32,000 bases of DNA from Halogeometricum borinquense DSM 11551 (GTDB taxonomy: Archaea > Halobacteriota > Halobacteria > Halobacteriales > Haloferacaceae), in assembly GCF_000172995.2 (NCBI RefSeq), contig NC_014735.1, positions 30,001-62,000 of the forward strand, in the 5' to 3' direction. Shown here piece by piece: positions 20,239-29,406 of the stretch. Position 1 is the stretch's first letter. Every line of letters begins with the position of its first letter. A program made the translations under genes and the position numbers. The notes below the pieces were generated by a model, which saw nothing but the letters and a program-made list of their open reading frames with translations, ran no database searches and was not told the DNA's origin.

Positions 20239-21015
20239 ATGCCAACAGAGAACAAGGGTCGAAGTTCCGTTAAGACGACCGAAACCGTGTTCGAGATTAT
20301 CGAAGCGCTCCGTGCAATGGAAGGTGCGCGCGTGACTGAGTTGGCAGATACGTTGGATAAGGCGAAAAGTACCATCCATCGCCACCTGTCCACGCTTGAG
20401 GCGCAAGAGTACGTCGTAAGGGAAGGAGACGAATACGACATCGGCCTCCGATTTCTCTCCCTCGGGGAGTACGCTCGGAACCGGAAAGAGGCGTACCCCA
20501 AACTTCACCCGAAAGTGAAGGAGTTAGCCGAAAAGACGGACGAATCTGCACAGTTCTTCGTCGCCGAACACGGCAAAGCCGTGTACGTGCACCGGGAAAC
20601 CGGCGATAACGCTGTCAGCACACCGAACTCGAAGGCGGGTGAAGGGGTTCCCCTCTACGCGACGGCAGCGGGCAAAGCGATTCTCTCGTGCTATCCCAAA
20701 GAGAAAGTCGAACGGATACTCGATGAGATCAGTCTCGTGGCGTTGACAGAGAACACAATCACGCAAAAATCGGCGTTACACGACGAGATAGACGCAATTC
20801 AAAAACGGGGATACAGCGTGAATCGGGAGGAAAACGTTAACGGAATTCACGCCGTTGGAGTCCCGGTCAGGCGGACAAACGGATGGCCAATCGGGGCGTT
20901 GAGTATCTCGGGACCCGCGTATCGATTACAAGGGGAGTTACTCGAAGAAACGCTCCCAGCCCTGCTGCTCGAAACAGCAAACGAACTGGAACTAAACATC
21001 GCATACTCCGATTAA
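20239..21015 (+). CDS. IclR-family transcriptional regulator, divergent from the dehydrogenase/ligase pair
   Basis: HTH VFEIIEALRAMEGARVTELADTLDKAKSTIHRHLSTLEAQEYVVREGDEYDIG, plus an IclR effector domain (ATAAGKAILS...GYSVNREENVNGIHAVGVPV). The ATG at 20239 has the AT-rich CATTATTAGTGATAAAAG about 27 nt upstream. The listed ORF starts at 20122. Confidence 0.85.
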   Translation: MPTENKGRSSVKTTETVFEIIEALRAMEGARVTELADTLDKAKSTIHRHLSTLEAQEYVVREGDEYDIGLRFLSLGEYARNRKEAYPKLHPKVKELAEKTDESAQFFVAEHGKAVYVHRETGDNAVSTPNSKAGEGVPLYATAAGKAILSCYPKEKVERILDEISLVALTENTITQKSALHDEIDAIQKRGYSVNREENVNGIHAVGVPVRRTNGWPIGALSISGPAYRLQGELLEETLPALLLETANELELNIAYSD

Positions 21016-21561
21016 GTTCCGTAATGCGGAACAGAACGCAGAAAGACGTGGCTGTCGCTGACGTGTCTTGCAGTCTATCACTGTCTCCTGCATGTTAGTA
21101 GTGAAATGGTGAGTGCTGGAAGGTCGAAAGAGTGAGTGGAATTAATAGATCAGTTGTTACACAAGTAGTGATGTAATGAAAATCGAGTACCTCCGAACAA
21201 GCATCAATCACGACGCACGAAACGTCTGAAACGACGGACCCACACAAAGACTGTAAATCCGTCGTCACAAACTCATTAGTGCCCGTGTCAGTCACCAATA
21301 CAGAGACAAAATTGAGGGAGAAGGAGCTTATTTGGAACCATATAAGACGGATATGACACCATAGAACTCGCTATAATCCATGAACACCAGCAAAATAAAT
21401 CAATTACTCACATTCTACTACAGTAGAAGACTATCTGAGATCATATACTCATATATGATTTTAGAATATCCCACATCCAGTTGAGGTGGGAGAATAAACC
21501 ATCTCATCAGTCAGAGAACGCACCGTTACGATGCCGAATGCATCGGGTCGCGCGCGAATGG

Positions 21562-23757
21562 CTAGTTTTGTTTCGAGATCGTGAAATAAAATGTAGTCTG
21601 CTTCCCGACAGAGGATTCGACCCAGATGTCGCCACCGTGTCGCTCGACGATGCGCTTGCACACCGCAAGTCCGATTCCGGTCCCGCTTTCCTCACCGGAC
21701 GCCTGCTCGAATATTTCGAATATTTTCTCCTGTTGGTTCTCCGGAATTCCCACACCGTTGTCTTCGACGCTGAACCGGTACGCATCGGGAAGTTCTGTGA
21801 AACCAATATGGATTTCGGGTGGGTCCTCACCTGCATGCTCGATGGCGTTTTTGATGAGGTTCTGGAAGACCTGCCGAAGTTGGTTCTCGTCGGCTCTGAT
21901 TGTCGGGAAACTATCTGTCGTGATGGTTGCGTCTTCGTTTTCGATGAGCAACTTAAGATCCAAACAGACGTCATCGATGACTTCGTTCGGATCGATTGGT
22001 TCGAAGTCACCGGCCCGCGTTTTGACCCGAGAGTAGGTGAGCAGGCCGTCGATCATATTTCGCATCCGTTCTGCGCCGTCAACGGCGAATTCGATGTACT
22101 CGTTGGCCTCCTCGTCTAAGCGATCTCCGTACTCCGAGGAGAGCAGGTCGAGGTAACTACTGACCATTCGTAACGGCTCTTGAAGGTCGTGCGAAGCAAT
22201 ATAGGCGAACTGCTGGAGCGCCTCGTTCGACCGTTCGAGTTCCCGTTTGGTCTCTTCGAGTTCCGCTTGGCGCTCGATACGATCAGTAATGTCGTGACAG
22301 GTCACCACCACCCCTGTGACGAAGGGGTTGTCCGTAACTTTCTCGCACGTACCCTCAAGGACGCGCCAATCACCGTCCGCATCCTGCATTCTGAATTCGA
22401 TTCGGCGAGGATTCTCGTCATCTGACAGCGCTGAATCAACTGTTGACTTGTCATCCGGGTGGACGTAGGACAGCAACGGCGTTCCATCCATTTGCTCGGG
22501 ATCGTATCCGAGTATCGCGTGTGAAGAAGGACTCTGAAACGTAATATCGCCATTTTCGTCAACCTGCGTGATGAGGTCAGAAGCGTTATCGATGAGAGCG
22601 GACGCGCGCAGGTGCTCGCGGATCGTACACTGCATCTCATTGAAGGCCCTGTACAACTGCCCGATATTGTCGATTCGGTTGGTCTCGAAGTCAACATCGA
22701 AGTCGCCAGATTCGATACGGCCGGCCTTTCGGGTCAATCTGTCCACAGCAACAGCCGTGTTACGTCCAAGGATGGCCCCAACGACGCCGATCAGAAGGAC
22801 ACTCACGACCGTCACCAGAGTGCCGTACTGTTGAACTGCACGGACAAACCCGTAGGAATCGACGGTTGACTGATAAAAGAGTAAGACCCAATCTTGGTCT
22901 GGGAAATAATAGTATCCGACGACGTAGCCGTCGGGATTAAATCCGTAACCATCGCTTAACAGCTCACTCGGACGGTCGCCAACTTCCATCGCCCCGCTCG
23001 GATCTTCACCGGGGTCGATACTTCGTGCCGTCTGAAGAATACCGTGTTGATCGGGAAGCCGTTCGAATATCTGTCCGTACTCGACACCGTATCGAGGGTC
23101 GAACTCGTCGCTCATGATGATTCGATTGGCAGAATCGACCACGAGCGTCAGTTCTGACCGGCCGTGAGTCCGGAAGTTCTGCCCGTACGCTCCGAGATCC
23201 ATCGTGAGAATAATTGCTCGTTCTGGCTGCCCACTAACCGGACGGACGTAGGAAATGACCAGCGTTTTGTTGTTTATCAGATACGGTTCGGTGACAAGCG
23301 GCTCGGCTGGATCGAGATTCGTGTTCACCCGAGATGAGTCAGGAAAATCAGCCGTCTGAAGCGTGTCTACTTCTCTTGTGCCCGCAAGAATCCTGTTGTT
23401 CGTCGTATTGACATAGTCGATACTGTGTGTCGCGTCCGGAAAGAAGACCAGTTGCTGTCGAAGGTGCCGCTGGATGGCTTCAGGATCACGGTTTCTGACG
23501 ACGTCCGTAGCCGTGAGCACTCCCGTTAGCCGCTTGTTTTGTTCGTGCCAAGTCCGGAAATTGCGGCCCTCCTCTGCGGCAACTGTCGCGTGCTCTTGCA
23601 TGACGTTCCGTTCGACAGCGGCCGTCATCTCAGTCGTCGTGAGGTACCCTATCGATCCAACCAGTGTTCCGAGAAACAGGAAAGCGAGTCCAAATTTGAG
23701 GACGTAACTCCGCCGGACCTTGTCGGGAAGGATTCGTCTGATCGGATCGAACATCAT
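21562..23757 (-). CDS. Membrane sensor histidine kinase: TM1, ~265-aa extracellular dCache-like domain, TM2, HAMP, PAS, HisKA, HATPase
   Basis: Hydrophobic segments at about aa 19-41 and 311-332. HAMP NRIDNIGQLYRAFNEMQ. PAS region with DGDWRVLEGT...VVVTCHDITDR. H-box ASHDLQEPLRMV. N-box NLIKNAIEH. G-boxes DNGVGIP and GTGIGLAVCKRIVERHGG. No receiver domain and no adjacent response regulator. Confidence 0.9.
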   Translation of the reverse strand: MMFDPIRRILPDKVRRSYVLKFGLAFLFLGTLVGSIGYLTTTEMTAAVERNVMQEHATVAAEEGRNFRTWHEQNKRLTGVLTATDVVRNRDPEAIQRHLRQQLVFFPDATHSIDYVNTTNNRILAGTREVDTLQTADFPDSSRVNTNLDPAEPLVTEPYLINNKTLVISYVRPVSGQPERAIILTMDLGAYGQNFRTHGRSELTLVVDSANRIIMSDEFDPRYGVEYGQIFERLPDQHGILQTARSIDPGEDPSGAMEVGDRPSELLSDGYGFNPDGYVVGYYYFPDQDWVLLFYQSTVDSYGFVRAVQQYGTLVTVVSVLLIGVVGAILGRNTAVAVDRLTRKAGRIESGDFDVDFETNRIDNIGQLYRAFNEMQCTIREHLRASALIDNASDLITQVDENGDITFQSPSSHAILGYDPEQMDGTPLLSYVHPDDKSTVDSALSDDENPRRIEFRMQDADGDWRVLEGTCEKVTDNPFVTGVVVTCHDITDRIERQAELEETKRELERSNEALQQFAYIASHDLQEPLRMVSSYLDLLSSEYGDRLDEEANEYIEFAVDGAERMRNMIDGLLTYSRVKTRAGDFEPIDPNEVIDDVCLDLKLLIENEDATITTDSFPTIRADENQLRQVFQNLIKNAIEHAGEDPPEIHIGFTELPDAYRFSVEDNGVGIPENQQEKIFEIFEQASGEESGTGIGLAVCKRIVERHGGDIWVESSVGKQTTFYFTISKQN

Positions 23758-23770
23758 CAGAGTCTCTCTG

Positions 23771-23807
23771 GGTTTACAGCAGTTGGATGGTAGCTGCTGT
23801 CCAAACC
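23771..23807 (-). promoter_or_regulatory. Intercistronic hairpin between the SBP gene and the kinase gene
   Basis: GGTTTACAGCAG-(11 nt)-CTGCTGT-CC-AAACC gives 12 pairing positions with a 2-nt bulge. It lies 14-50 nt upstream of the kinase ATG, within the 93-nt spacer. Confidence 0.3.
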
Positions 23808-23850
23808 GTGTTCGAACGAGCGAATTCGGTACTTTGCCGAGCCGGTGGAC

Positions 23851-25161
23851 TCAGTAGTATCCTGCATTTTCGAGCACGCTTTCGATTTTCGTTTCCGCAC
23901 CACGCATCGCTTCGTCGGCAGAGATTGGACCACCCAGAGCGCTGTGGAGTCGCACTCCAAGTTCCCGCTCGATAATCGACCACAAAGGCGTCCGCGGACG
24001 CCATTGAGCATCTTGCAGGCTCTCGTAAAGGGCTTCGAACCACGGCTGGGCGTCGAGATTGTTCTCGAAGGTATCGTGACGGAAGGGGACGCCACCGATA
24101 TCGACGTAGCGTTCCTGACCTTCCTTGGAGACGAACGACTGGATTACTTTCCCGCCGGCTTTCTTCGCCGCCTCGCTCGTATGAGAGTTGATACCGACAA
24201 TCCAGTTGCCCTGCTGGGGTGCCCGGCGCCCATCGGCATTACTCGGTATAACCGTGAATTTGAGATCTCTGGCCGACGGACTATTTTCTGCTATCGCGAG
24301 AGAAGCCGTCCCAGGCCACGTGCTGGCCTGTGCAACCGTCCCCTGAGAAAGTGTTGTAACGACTTCGTCCTCGTTGTACTTCGTAACGTCTGCCGGGCTG
24401 ATATCGGCTAACTCCTGCACGAGGAATCTGACAGCCTCGACACCTTCCCGAGAGCCCCACTGGAATCGCCAGTCAGCGTCGAACATACGTCCGGCCTGCG
24501 AGAACCCGACCGGGAAGAAGTTCGTAACGATCGGATTTCCTTGCGCCCCGCGAATAACGTATCCGTGTGTGCCATCAATTTCCGCGTCTATTGCTCGCCC
24601 CGCTTCGAGAACGTCCTGATACGTTTCGGGCGGATCGTATCCGACCTGATCGAAGTACGTCGCGTTGTACGCAAAGATCTGCGTATTCCCAACGACGACT
24701 AACCCCCGCAAAACCGGGTCTTCGTCGCTGACTTCGGGTGGTAACGGACCTCGCGGTGTCGGCCAGTGGGCGATGTCAAGCGTCGTCTGGATGTATTCAG
24801 CCGGAACGCCATCTGGTAGATACTGCCGTATGGGCTCCAGATCCGAAGCAAACTGCGGAAACCAGGGGTCGTCGATGAATACGAGATCGAATTCGTCGTT
24901 CTGCTCGGCCAGTAACTTACGGTTTTGCTCGTACAGTGCGTCGTACGGCTTCAGTTCGACGTTTACTTCGATACCGGTTTCGTCCGCGACGAACTCGTCA
25001 GTAAGTCTTCGAAACAGTCGCCCCTCGCCTTCCGTCGCGGCGATAGAAATGCTGTCAGCACTACTTCTGATGGTACCGAGACAGCCGGACAGAAGACCAC
25101 CAGTCAACATCGTTCCGCCGGCACTCAGAATCGCTCGACGCCCCATTCGAGTCCGCCGCAT
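23851..25161 (-). CDS. Extracellular solute-binding lipoprotein, family 1 (sugar/MalE-UgpB-like), with no cognate ABC membrane or ATPase genes nearby
   Basis: Tat motif and lipobox (MRRTRMGRRAILSAGGTMLTGGLLSGC), with a family-1 SBP body (FDLVFIDDPWFPQF, QGNWIVGINSHT, TPLWSIIE). ATG at 25161; the listed ORF begins at the GTG at 25164. Confidence 0.85.
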   Translation of the reverse strand: MRRTRMGRRAILSAGGTMLTGGLLSGCLGTIRSSADSISIAATEGEGRLFRRLTDEFVADETGIEVNVELKPYDALYEQNRKLLAEQNDEFDLVFIDDPWFPQFASDLEPIRQYLPDGVPAEYIQTTLDIAHWPTPRGPLPPEVSDEDPVLRGLVVVGNTQIFAYNATYFDQVGYDPPETYQDVLEAGRAIDAEIDGTHGYVIRGAQGNPIVTNFFPVGFSQAGRMFDADWRFQWGSREGVEAVRFLVQELADISPADVTKYNEDEVVTTLSQGTVAQASTWPGTASLAIAENSPSARDLKFTVIPSNADGRRAPQQGNWIVGINSHTSEAAKKAGGKVIQSFVSKEGQERYVDIGGVPFRHDTFENNLDAQPWFEALYESLQDAQWRPRTPLWSIIERELGVRLHSALGGPISADEAMRGAETKIESVLENAGYY

Positions 25162-25591
25162 CACGTACTAGATAGGTCTTCATTGCATAAGTTTGTGGGT
25201 GTAATAGAGTATTATAGACATATTTATCCAGTTCTAAACGTATTTCTTGTCGATCCTTATTATAAATAAGATTGAAGATCCGGATAGAATGGAATCCCAG
25301 CCGGACAGCAGCAGAGCAGTAGACAACAAGAGATGTCAAACTAGTTTGTTATTTTCGTATATCACTATCGAAGAATAGAGTTGAGAAACAGATCATACTA
25401 TCATTTAAAGATAAAATTAAGACATTATTTTCGGCTAGTAATGATTACTTAGGAACTAGATACGAGTGTTCCCACAAACACTTATAATTCAATATCCTCA
25501 GCTTTTTCTCCTATTACTTTAGTAGGGCGGCAGTACAGATTCTGATAATTAGTGCCCCACAGTTATATCCCAGAGAGAAATCCAGGGACAC

Positions 25592-26836
25592 ATGGGGGAC
25601 TCATACAGCAGACGAGGCGTTCTCCGCGCCGCCGGAAGTACCGTCGCACTCGGGTCACTAGCCGGGTGCACAGGTGTATTCGGTGATCAGGGGAACGAAC
25701 CAGTCCGTTTCGGAGTGGTTTTACCGTTAACTGGCTCTCTGGAAAAAGTCGGGACACACGGGAAGCGGGCTGTCGAGCAGGCGGTTTCAGACATTAATCA
25801 AGCAGGAGGAATTCTCGGGCGACCCGTAGAACTAACGACAATAGATAGCAAGGCGAGTGCAGATGTCGCAGTTGAGGGCTACAAGAAACTCGTCGATGAG
25901 GGTGTTGTGGGATTCGTCGGTGCTCTCGCCAGCGACACGTCGCTGGCTCTCGCACCGAAAGCTGCTGAAGACGGAATCATGGAAGTCAGTCCGGCGAGTA
26001 CGAACCCACAACTCTCGAATGCAGGCCGGAGTGACGGGCGGAAGTACTTCGGGCGAACTGTTCCGAGCGACATCCTTCAGGCGGTTGCGATGGCAAAAGT
26101 TCTCGACGCGCCGCAGTACGTCGGTGCGGAGTCAGTATCGCTGCTTGCCATCGACAACGGGTTCGGATCGGCTCTCGCCGACGAAATCGGATCAAGTCTC
26201 GACGCGGACGTTGTCGCAGATGTCCGGTACGATCCGTCCGCGTCGTCGTTCGATAGCGTGCTTGACGAGGTGTTCGCTGGGTCACCGGACGCAGTCGGGT
26301 TCGTCAGTGTGCCCGGACAGGAGAAGGGCATCGTCGATGCGTACACCGCATCCGATTACGATGCGCCGTGGGTGTTCTCGGCGGGGATGTTCGGGAACGA
26401 CGTTCCGTCGTCCTACAATGGGTTCTACAGCGCGTCGCTCTCGTCGGTCCGTACTGACGGCTACTTCACGCTCTCGCGGCGACTGTCGGATATCGCACCG
26501 CTGGCACCGTACTCCTCGAACGCGTACGACGCCCTCTTCTTGATGGCGGCCGCGGCCGAGATGGCAGGCGAGGCGAGTGGTCCAGCAATCGCTGACACGA
26601 TTCGCTCTGTCTCTGGTGGCAACGGACACACGGTCTCAGTCGGTGACTTCGGGAGTCTCAAATTACTCGTCGATGCCGGTCGAAATCTGAACTATCAGGG
26701 GGCATCGAGCGGCGTTGACCTGACTGCTGATCTGGAACCACTGAGTTCCTACCTGATAAAGGGAGTTACCAACGGAAATATCAATCAGTTGGAACTGCTG
26801 CAGCAGCAGTTCTTCAAATCGGGAGGGAGCCAATGA
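25592..26836 (+). CDS. Periplasmic-binding-protein type 1 lipoprotein (Leu/Ile/Val-binding LivJ-like); BasB-like chemotaxis binding protein
   Basis: Tat motif and lipobox ([21 protein letters not shown]). LivJ-type N-terminal lobe [44 protein letters not shown]. No livHMGF genes nearby. The stop overlaps (ATGA) the start of the transducer gene. Confidence 0.85.
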   Translation: MGDSYSRRGVLRAAGSTVALGSLAGCTGVFGDQGNEPVRFGVVLPLTGSLEKVGTHGKRAVEQAVSDINQAGGILGRPVELTTIDSKASADVAVEGYKKLVDEGVVGFVGALASDTSLALAPKAAEDGIMEVSPASTNPQLSNAGRSDGRKYFGRTVPSDILQAVAMAKVLDAPQYVGAESVSLLAIDNGFGSALADEIGSSLDADVVADVRYDPSASSFDSVLDEVFAGSPDAVGFVSVPGQEKGIVDAYTASDYDAPWVFSAGMFGNDVPSSYNGFYSASLSSVRTDGYFTLSRRLSDIAPLAPYSSNAYDALFLMAAAAEMAGEASGPAIADTIRSVSGGNGHTVSVGDFGSLKLLVDAGRNLNYQGASSGVDLTADLEPLSSYLIKGVTNGNINQLELLQQQFFKSGGSQ

Positions 26837-29268
26837 AATCACCACTCAAACGGTTGGCCAGCAGTCTCGAACAGTTGCTTCCGAACGTGATTCGCCGCCG
26901 ATACGCGGCGAAGTTCGGTCTGGTGCTCCTTGCAATCATCCTTGTGATGAGCGCAGTGGGTGCGTTCATCCACTTCGACACGAAAGGTGTCGTCGAGCAA
27001 CAGACGAAAGAAGAGATTCGCGGTATCGCAGAATCACAAGCACGGTCAGTAGCTGAATGGACCACGTCGAAAGAGTCGTCCGCTTCGTTCCTTGCGGCCT
27101 CCCTCGCCGACAGACCGGCGAATACGACTGCGACTGATCACGAACGCTGGCTTGAGCAGAAACTGATCGAACTCCCGAACGACGTTCGTTCGCTGCACTA
27201 CGTCAATGCGGACACGGGGACGGTCGTCGCGAGCACGACCGACGGCGTCGGCGGGCAGTCGATCAGCAGTCTCAGCGCGCCGTGGACGGGTCGTGCAACG
27301 GAGCTCGCTCAAATGAACGACGTCACGACGCTACAGCCGTACGATGCCAACGGCGAACCGGTTATCGCATTCGTCGCGCCGGTGACGGAGACGGACGGGT
27401 TCGTCGTCCTGACTGCGTCACTCGAAGCACGCTCGCACGAGTTCGGATCGCCCATCGCAACCGGCGACACGAAGGTCGTCACGTCCGAGGGAACGATCCT
27501 TCTTGACAATCGAAAATCGTCGCTCCTCGAACAGTACACGGCGTCCGGGTCCGAGTCCGTTACCGAAATCGAGAGTGCCCTCAAAGGGCAGGGCGGCTAC
27601 AAACTAGTCGGAGCGCGGACGGGGATGGAATCCGGCGAATACGCGATGGCGTACGCACCCGTCACCGGAACAGACTGGGTCCTCATGTACCACGTCCCGT
27701 CTGACCGCGCCTTCTCGCTGCAGTCGCACGTGACGAAGAATCTCGTGCTGTTAATTGCGTTCGCTATCGGCGCGTTGTTCCTCGTCGGTGTGACCATCGG
27801 TCGAGGCACCGCAACGTCACTCGCTACGGTGACCAAGAGTGCCGACGCAATCGCCAGCGGTGAGGTTGACGGCGATATTCCGTCCAGCAACCGTATCGAC
27901 GAGATGGGCCGCTTGTACGATGCCTTCGGCGAGATGCAGTCGTATCTCACGACAGTTGCAGGACAAGCAGAAGCCCTCGCGGCCAAAGAGTTCGACGACC
28001 CCGTCCTCGAAGAGGACGTTCCGGGATCGTTCGGTGAGGCGATGGGCCAGACGCACGAGGACTTAGAAGCGCTCATTGTCGAACTGGAGACGAAAGCAGA
28101 GATGTTCGGAGAGACGATGGCCGCGGCAGCCGAGGGTGACCTCACGGGTCGGATGCAAGAAGACGCCGACAACGAGGCGATGAACGAGATGGCCCGGTCG
28201 TTCAACGAGATGATCTCTGAACTCGAAGCCACGGTTGCCGAAGTGACCGAGTTCGCCGAAACGGTGGCGGCCGCAAGCGAAGAAGTGACCGCGAGCGCAC
28301 AGGAGATAGAGCGCGCAAGTCGAGAGGTCAGCGAGTCCACGCAGGTCATGGCGGAGGGCGCACACGAGCAACAAGAAACCCTGCAACAGACCACGGGCGA
28401 GACGAGCAACCTCTCGGCGACCATCGAGGAGGTCGCATCGTCCGCAACCGAACTCGAACACACCGCCGAACACACGCTCGAAGCAAGCGAAGAAGGACAC
28501 TCCGCGACAGTCGATGCAATCGACACCATCGAGGAAGTCGAATCGAAGACGACGCAAACGGCAACGCGGATCAAAGAACTCGAATCGCGCATGGAGGAGA
28601 TCGGCGAAATCGTCGAACTCATCACCAACATTGCCGACCAGACGAACATCCTCGCACTGAACGCGAACATCGAGGCCGCCCGCGCTGGCGAGGCTGGCGA
28701 AGGCTTCTCTGTCGTCGCCAACGAGGTCAAGCAACTCGCCGGAGAAACGAAAGAGTCTGCCGAAGAGATCGAAGCGACCATCCAAGAAGTCCAATCGACG
28801 TCTGCAGCGTCTGTCGAGGAGATGCGCGAGACGCAGAAAGCCGTCGAGTCCGGTGTTGAAGCCGTCGAAAACGCCCGCGATTCACTCGACACCATCGTCG
28901 ATAACGTCCGCGCGACGAAGGACGGCGTCGACGAGATTAGCCGCACGACCGACGAACAGGCCGCTTCGACCGAAGAGGTGGCGTCCATGATGGACCGTGT
29001 GACCGAGATCAGCGACGAGACGTCCCAGCGTGCCGAATCCGTCGCTGCGGCCGCCGAGGAACAGACCGCTTCGCTGAGTGAAGTCTCCGACGGAACCGAT
29101 GAACTCGCCTCGCAGGCCGAACACCTCATGTCGCTCGTTTCGTCGTTCGACGTGAACGCCGGTCAGAACAGAAACGTGGATTCAATCGACACCGAACACG
29201 TCGAGTCCGCCGAGTCATCGCTGTCGGAATCACCCACGACCGATGGCGGGGAGACGACAGACGAGTAG
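26833..29268 (+). CDS. Methyl-accepting chemotaxis transducer (Htr), BasT-like: TM1, extracellular dCache-like domain, TM2, two HAMP domains, MCP signalling domain
   Basis: Invariant hairpin-tip motif [40 protein letters not shown] motifs [17 protein letters not shown] and [15 protein letters not shown]. Hydrophobic segments at about aa 27-48 and 303-325. Confidence 0.92.
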   Translation: MKSPLKRLASSLEQLLPNVIRRRYAAKFGLVLLAIILVMSAVGAFIHFDTKGVVEQQTKEEIRGIAESQARSVAEWTTSKESSASFLAASLADRPANTTATDHERWLEQKLIELPNDVRSLHYVNADTGTVVASTTDGVGGQSISSLSAPWTGRATELAQMNDVTTLQPYDANGEPVIAFVAPVTETDGFVVLTASLEARSHEFGSPIATGDTKVVTSEGTILLDNRKSSLLEQYTASGSESVTEIESALKGQGGYKLVGARTGMESGEYAMAYAPVTGTDWVLMYHVPSDRAFSLQSHVTKNLVLLIAFAIGALFLVGVTIGRGTATSLATVTKSADAIASGEVDGDIPSSNRIDEMGRLYDAFGEMQSYLTTVAGQAEALAAKEFDDPVLEEDVPGSFGEAMGQTHEDLEALIVELETKAEMFGETMAAAAEGDLTGRMQEDADNEAMNEMARSFNEMISELEATVAEVTEFAETVAAASEEVTASAQEIERASREVSESTQVMAEGAHEQQETLQQTTGETSNLSATIEEVASSATELEHTAEHTLEASEEGHSATVDAIDTIEEVESKTTQTATRIKELESRMEEIGEIVELITNIADQTNILALNANIEAARAGEAGEGFSVVANEVKQLAGETKESAEEIEATIQEVQSTSAASVEEMRETQKAVESGVEAVENARDSLDTIVDNVRATKDGVDEISRTTDEQAASTEEVASMMDRVTEISDETSQRAESVAAAAEEQTASLSEVSDGTDELASQAEHLMSLVSSFDVNAGQNRNVDSIDTEHVESAESSLSESPTTDGGETTDE

Positions 29269-29304
29269 TCAAACTCGGTAAGCGAACGGTTTCGGCCGAA
29301 TTCA

Positions 29305-29310
29305 TTTTTT
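29305..29310 (+). terminator. T6 tract, terminator candidate for the SBP-transducer operon
   Basis: TTCATTTTTTCG lies 37-42 nt after the TAG stop at 29268. Confidence 0.45.
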
Positions 29311-29406
29311 CGACGTAAACGACGGAGCGTCCGAGATACCGAACCGAACGGCGTTTAGCAGGCAGTCGATGGATACTATTATGCATACGTTCTCCTAGGC
29401 GAGCAT

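Noticed and set aside
21095-21298. 67-aa minus-strand ORF in the spacer between the IclR gene and the kinase gene.
   Set aside because: Its composition is Cys/Thr/Val-rich, with no signal or motif, in AT-rich DNA. There are also local hairpins (GTTCCG-TAATG-CGGAAC at 21016-21032; ATCATATA-CTCA-TATATGAT at 21440-21459), but with short arms and no clear associated transcript end, so I did not call them.
21481-22119. 212-aa plus-strand ORF and 167-aa minus-strand alternative-frame ORF overlapping the kinase C-terminus.
   Set aside because: The minus-strand frame 21562..23757 carries complete H, N and G boxes. The overlapping ORFs have no motifs and an atypical composition.
27597-29129. 510-aa Ser/Ala-rich ORF (and 28063..28794) antisense to the transducer gene.
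   Set aside because: It is an artefact of the repetitive GAN/GCN codon usage of the Ala/Glu-rich MCP coiled coil. The sense frame carries the invariant MCP signalling motif, and the antisense product is low-complexity.
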